Assembly (NCBI GenBank): GCA_028715215.1
Contig: JAQUSF010000001.1
Coordinates: 797-64,796 of the forward strand
From: Candidatus Zixiibacteriota bacterium
GTDB taxonomy: Bacteria; Zixibacteria; MSB-5A5; GN15; FEB-12
Length of the DNA stretch: 64,000 nucleotides
Reading direction: 5' to 3'
Shown here: positions 63,084-64,000 of the stretch, piece by piece
Numbering within the stretch: position 1 is the stretch's first letter
Layout: each line of letters begins with the position of its first letter
Made by a program: the position numbers and the translations under genes
The notes under the pieces: generated by a model
The model's input: the letters and a program-made list of their open reading frames with translations, nothing else
Told to the model about the DNA's origin: nothing
Databases searched by the model: none

Positions 63084-64000
63084 ATGAAAAAAAACTGTCT
63101 CATTTTACTGTTATTATTTTTTACGGTATCACTAAAAGCCCAGGAACGGGACGTTCGTAATGTGTTTTTCGATACCTTGCGTACCAGTGATGTTCAACCG
63201 ACCCCTATCGGCGTGGATGACATGAAATTCATCGGTACCGGCACTATTACAACGGAAGACTCGACATACATGCTTTATACCACCCGTATTATCCGCCGGG
63301 ACCTTGATTTTTATGCCGATTTCGAACTGGTACAGATTGACAGTTTTTACCTTAGAACTTATGAGATTACCGCCCTTGATCTGCTGGGCTGGATGCGGCT
63401 GGGGGCTAATTACGTTGTCAAACTGGAAGTGGAATTCCCCGGTCGCAATATGAAAGTCAAATGGCAGTTGTATCACACGGTCAACCGCCAGCAGATTGAC
63501 CACGGTGAATTCAATTATAACCGGGCTTTCTGGCGTGAAATCGGCCATGATATTGCCAACGAAATCGTCCATACTCTGACCGGAGAAAGGGGTATTTTCC
63601 GTACTAAAATTGTCTATGTCCGGAAAATAGGAAAAAGTAAAGAGCTGTTCATGGCTGATTATGACGGGGCTAATGAACGCCAGTTGACCGAAAATGGTTC
63701 CATCAACATTTCCCCCTGTTTCGACCCGAACCGGGAGGTGGTGTATTTTATCAGTTATATGGCCGGCGACCCGCACCTTTATAAAGTGGATATAAATTCG
63801 GGTGTTATCATCAAAGTTGCCGAATATCCGGGGATGATAGCCGCACCGGTGGTTTCTCCCGACGGCAAACGTATTGCCTGTGTTTTGACCAAAGACGGCA
63901 ACTCGGAAATATACGTACTGGATACCGAGGGTCGAATTATCAAGCGTTTGACCCGTAACCCGTCCATTGAAACGGCTCCCACCTGGTCGCCCGACGGCCG
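63084..64000 (+). CDS. tolB: TolB (N-terminal domain + beta-propeller), 3' end beyond the window
   Basis: Absent from the ORF track because it is open at the window edge. Hand translation gives MKKNCLILLLLFFTVSLKAQ... Later segments are ..GIFRTKIVYV.......ELFMADYDGANERQLT..GSIN.SP.F.P, ..VSPDGKRIA......DGNSEIYVLD..G...RLT.N.SIETAPTWSPDG. Confidence 0.85.
   Translation, partial: MKKNCLILLLLFFTVSLKAQERDVRNVFFDTLRTSDVQPTPIGVDDMKFIGTGTITTEDSTYMLYTTRIIRRDLDFYADFELVQIDSFYLRTYEITALDLLGWMRLGANYVVKLEVEFPGRNMKVKWQLYHTVNRQQIDHGEFNYNRAFWREIGHDIANEIVHTLTGERGIFRTKIVYVRKIGKSKELFMADYDGANERQLTENGSINISPCFDPNREVVYFISYMAGDPHLYKVDINSGVIIKVAEYPGMIAAPVVSPDGKRIACVLTKDGNSEIYVLDTEGRIIKRLTRNPSIETAPTWSPDG

Noticed and set aside
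63132-63982. Minus-strand ORFs 63132-63776 (214 aa) and 63779-63982
   Set aside because: They are antisense to the edge-truncated tolB frame (63084 onward). That frame shows the TolB N-terminal and beta-propeller motifs and sits in the canonical position after tolQ, tolR and the TolA-position TonB_C gene.
1-64000. Scan of all intergenic gaps for tRNA/rRNA genes, CRISPR arrays, IS elements, integrases and toxin-antitoxin or other defence genes
   Set aside because: I saw no T-loop/acceptor-like tRNA signatures, no regularly spaced short direct repeats, no transposase- or integrase-like ORFs and no terminal inverted repeats. This was a by-eye search only. tRNAscan-SE, Infernal, ISEScan or a CRISPR finder would be decisive.

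Overview
This 64-kb chromosomal window comes from a diderm bacterium: bamA-skp-lpxD, lgt and tolQ-tolR-tolA/tonB-like-tolB are all present. The organism is probably anaerobic, judging by a radical-enzyme activase fusion, ADP-forming acetyl-CoA synthetase, PPDK and rubrerythrin-type oxidative-stress genes. GGAGG-type ribosome-binding sites are common. A T9SS-type C-terminal sorting domain suggests an FCB-superphylum-like lineage (inference only).

Housekeeping content:
- A compact plus-strand run of dtd, maf, rodZ-like, smc, ftsY, yjbQ-family and rlmH.
- uvrB, rplU, ssb, nadE, rsmI, a PAP2 protein, glnS, gltX and ppdK.
- I found no tRNA, rRNA, CRISPR array, IS element or integrase.

Three regions stand out:
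1. 45.5-56.5 kb holds a 12-gene minus-strand operon made of one four-gene cassette repeated three times in the same order. The genes are A (signal peptide + Fn3-like ectodomain + conserved membrane domain), B (polytopic, about 220 aa), C (TM-flanked soluble domain, about 300-335 aa) and D (polytopic, about 210-270 aa). I recognise none of these families and the operon encodes no NTPase. This is my best candidate for an undescribed system.
2. A divergently transcribed operon next to it (56.9-60.7 kb) encodes an orphan GlmL/MutL-like ASKHA ATPase, a bitopic membrane protein and a barrel/KOW-like protein.
3. A 3124-aa cysteine-rich surface protein (10.7-20.1 kb) has roughly 30 Ig-like modules, a nested super-repeat, a cohesin-like domain, a dockerin-like domain and a T9SS CTD.

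Two edge-truncated genes are absent from the ORF track and were recovered by hand: the activase fusion at 1-2463 and tolB at 63084-64000.
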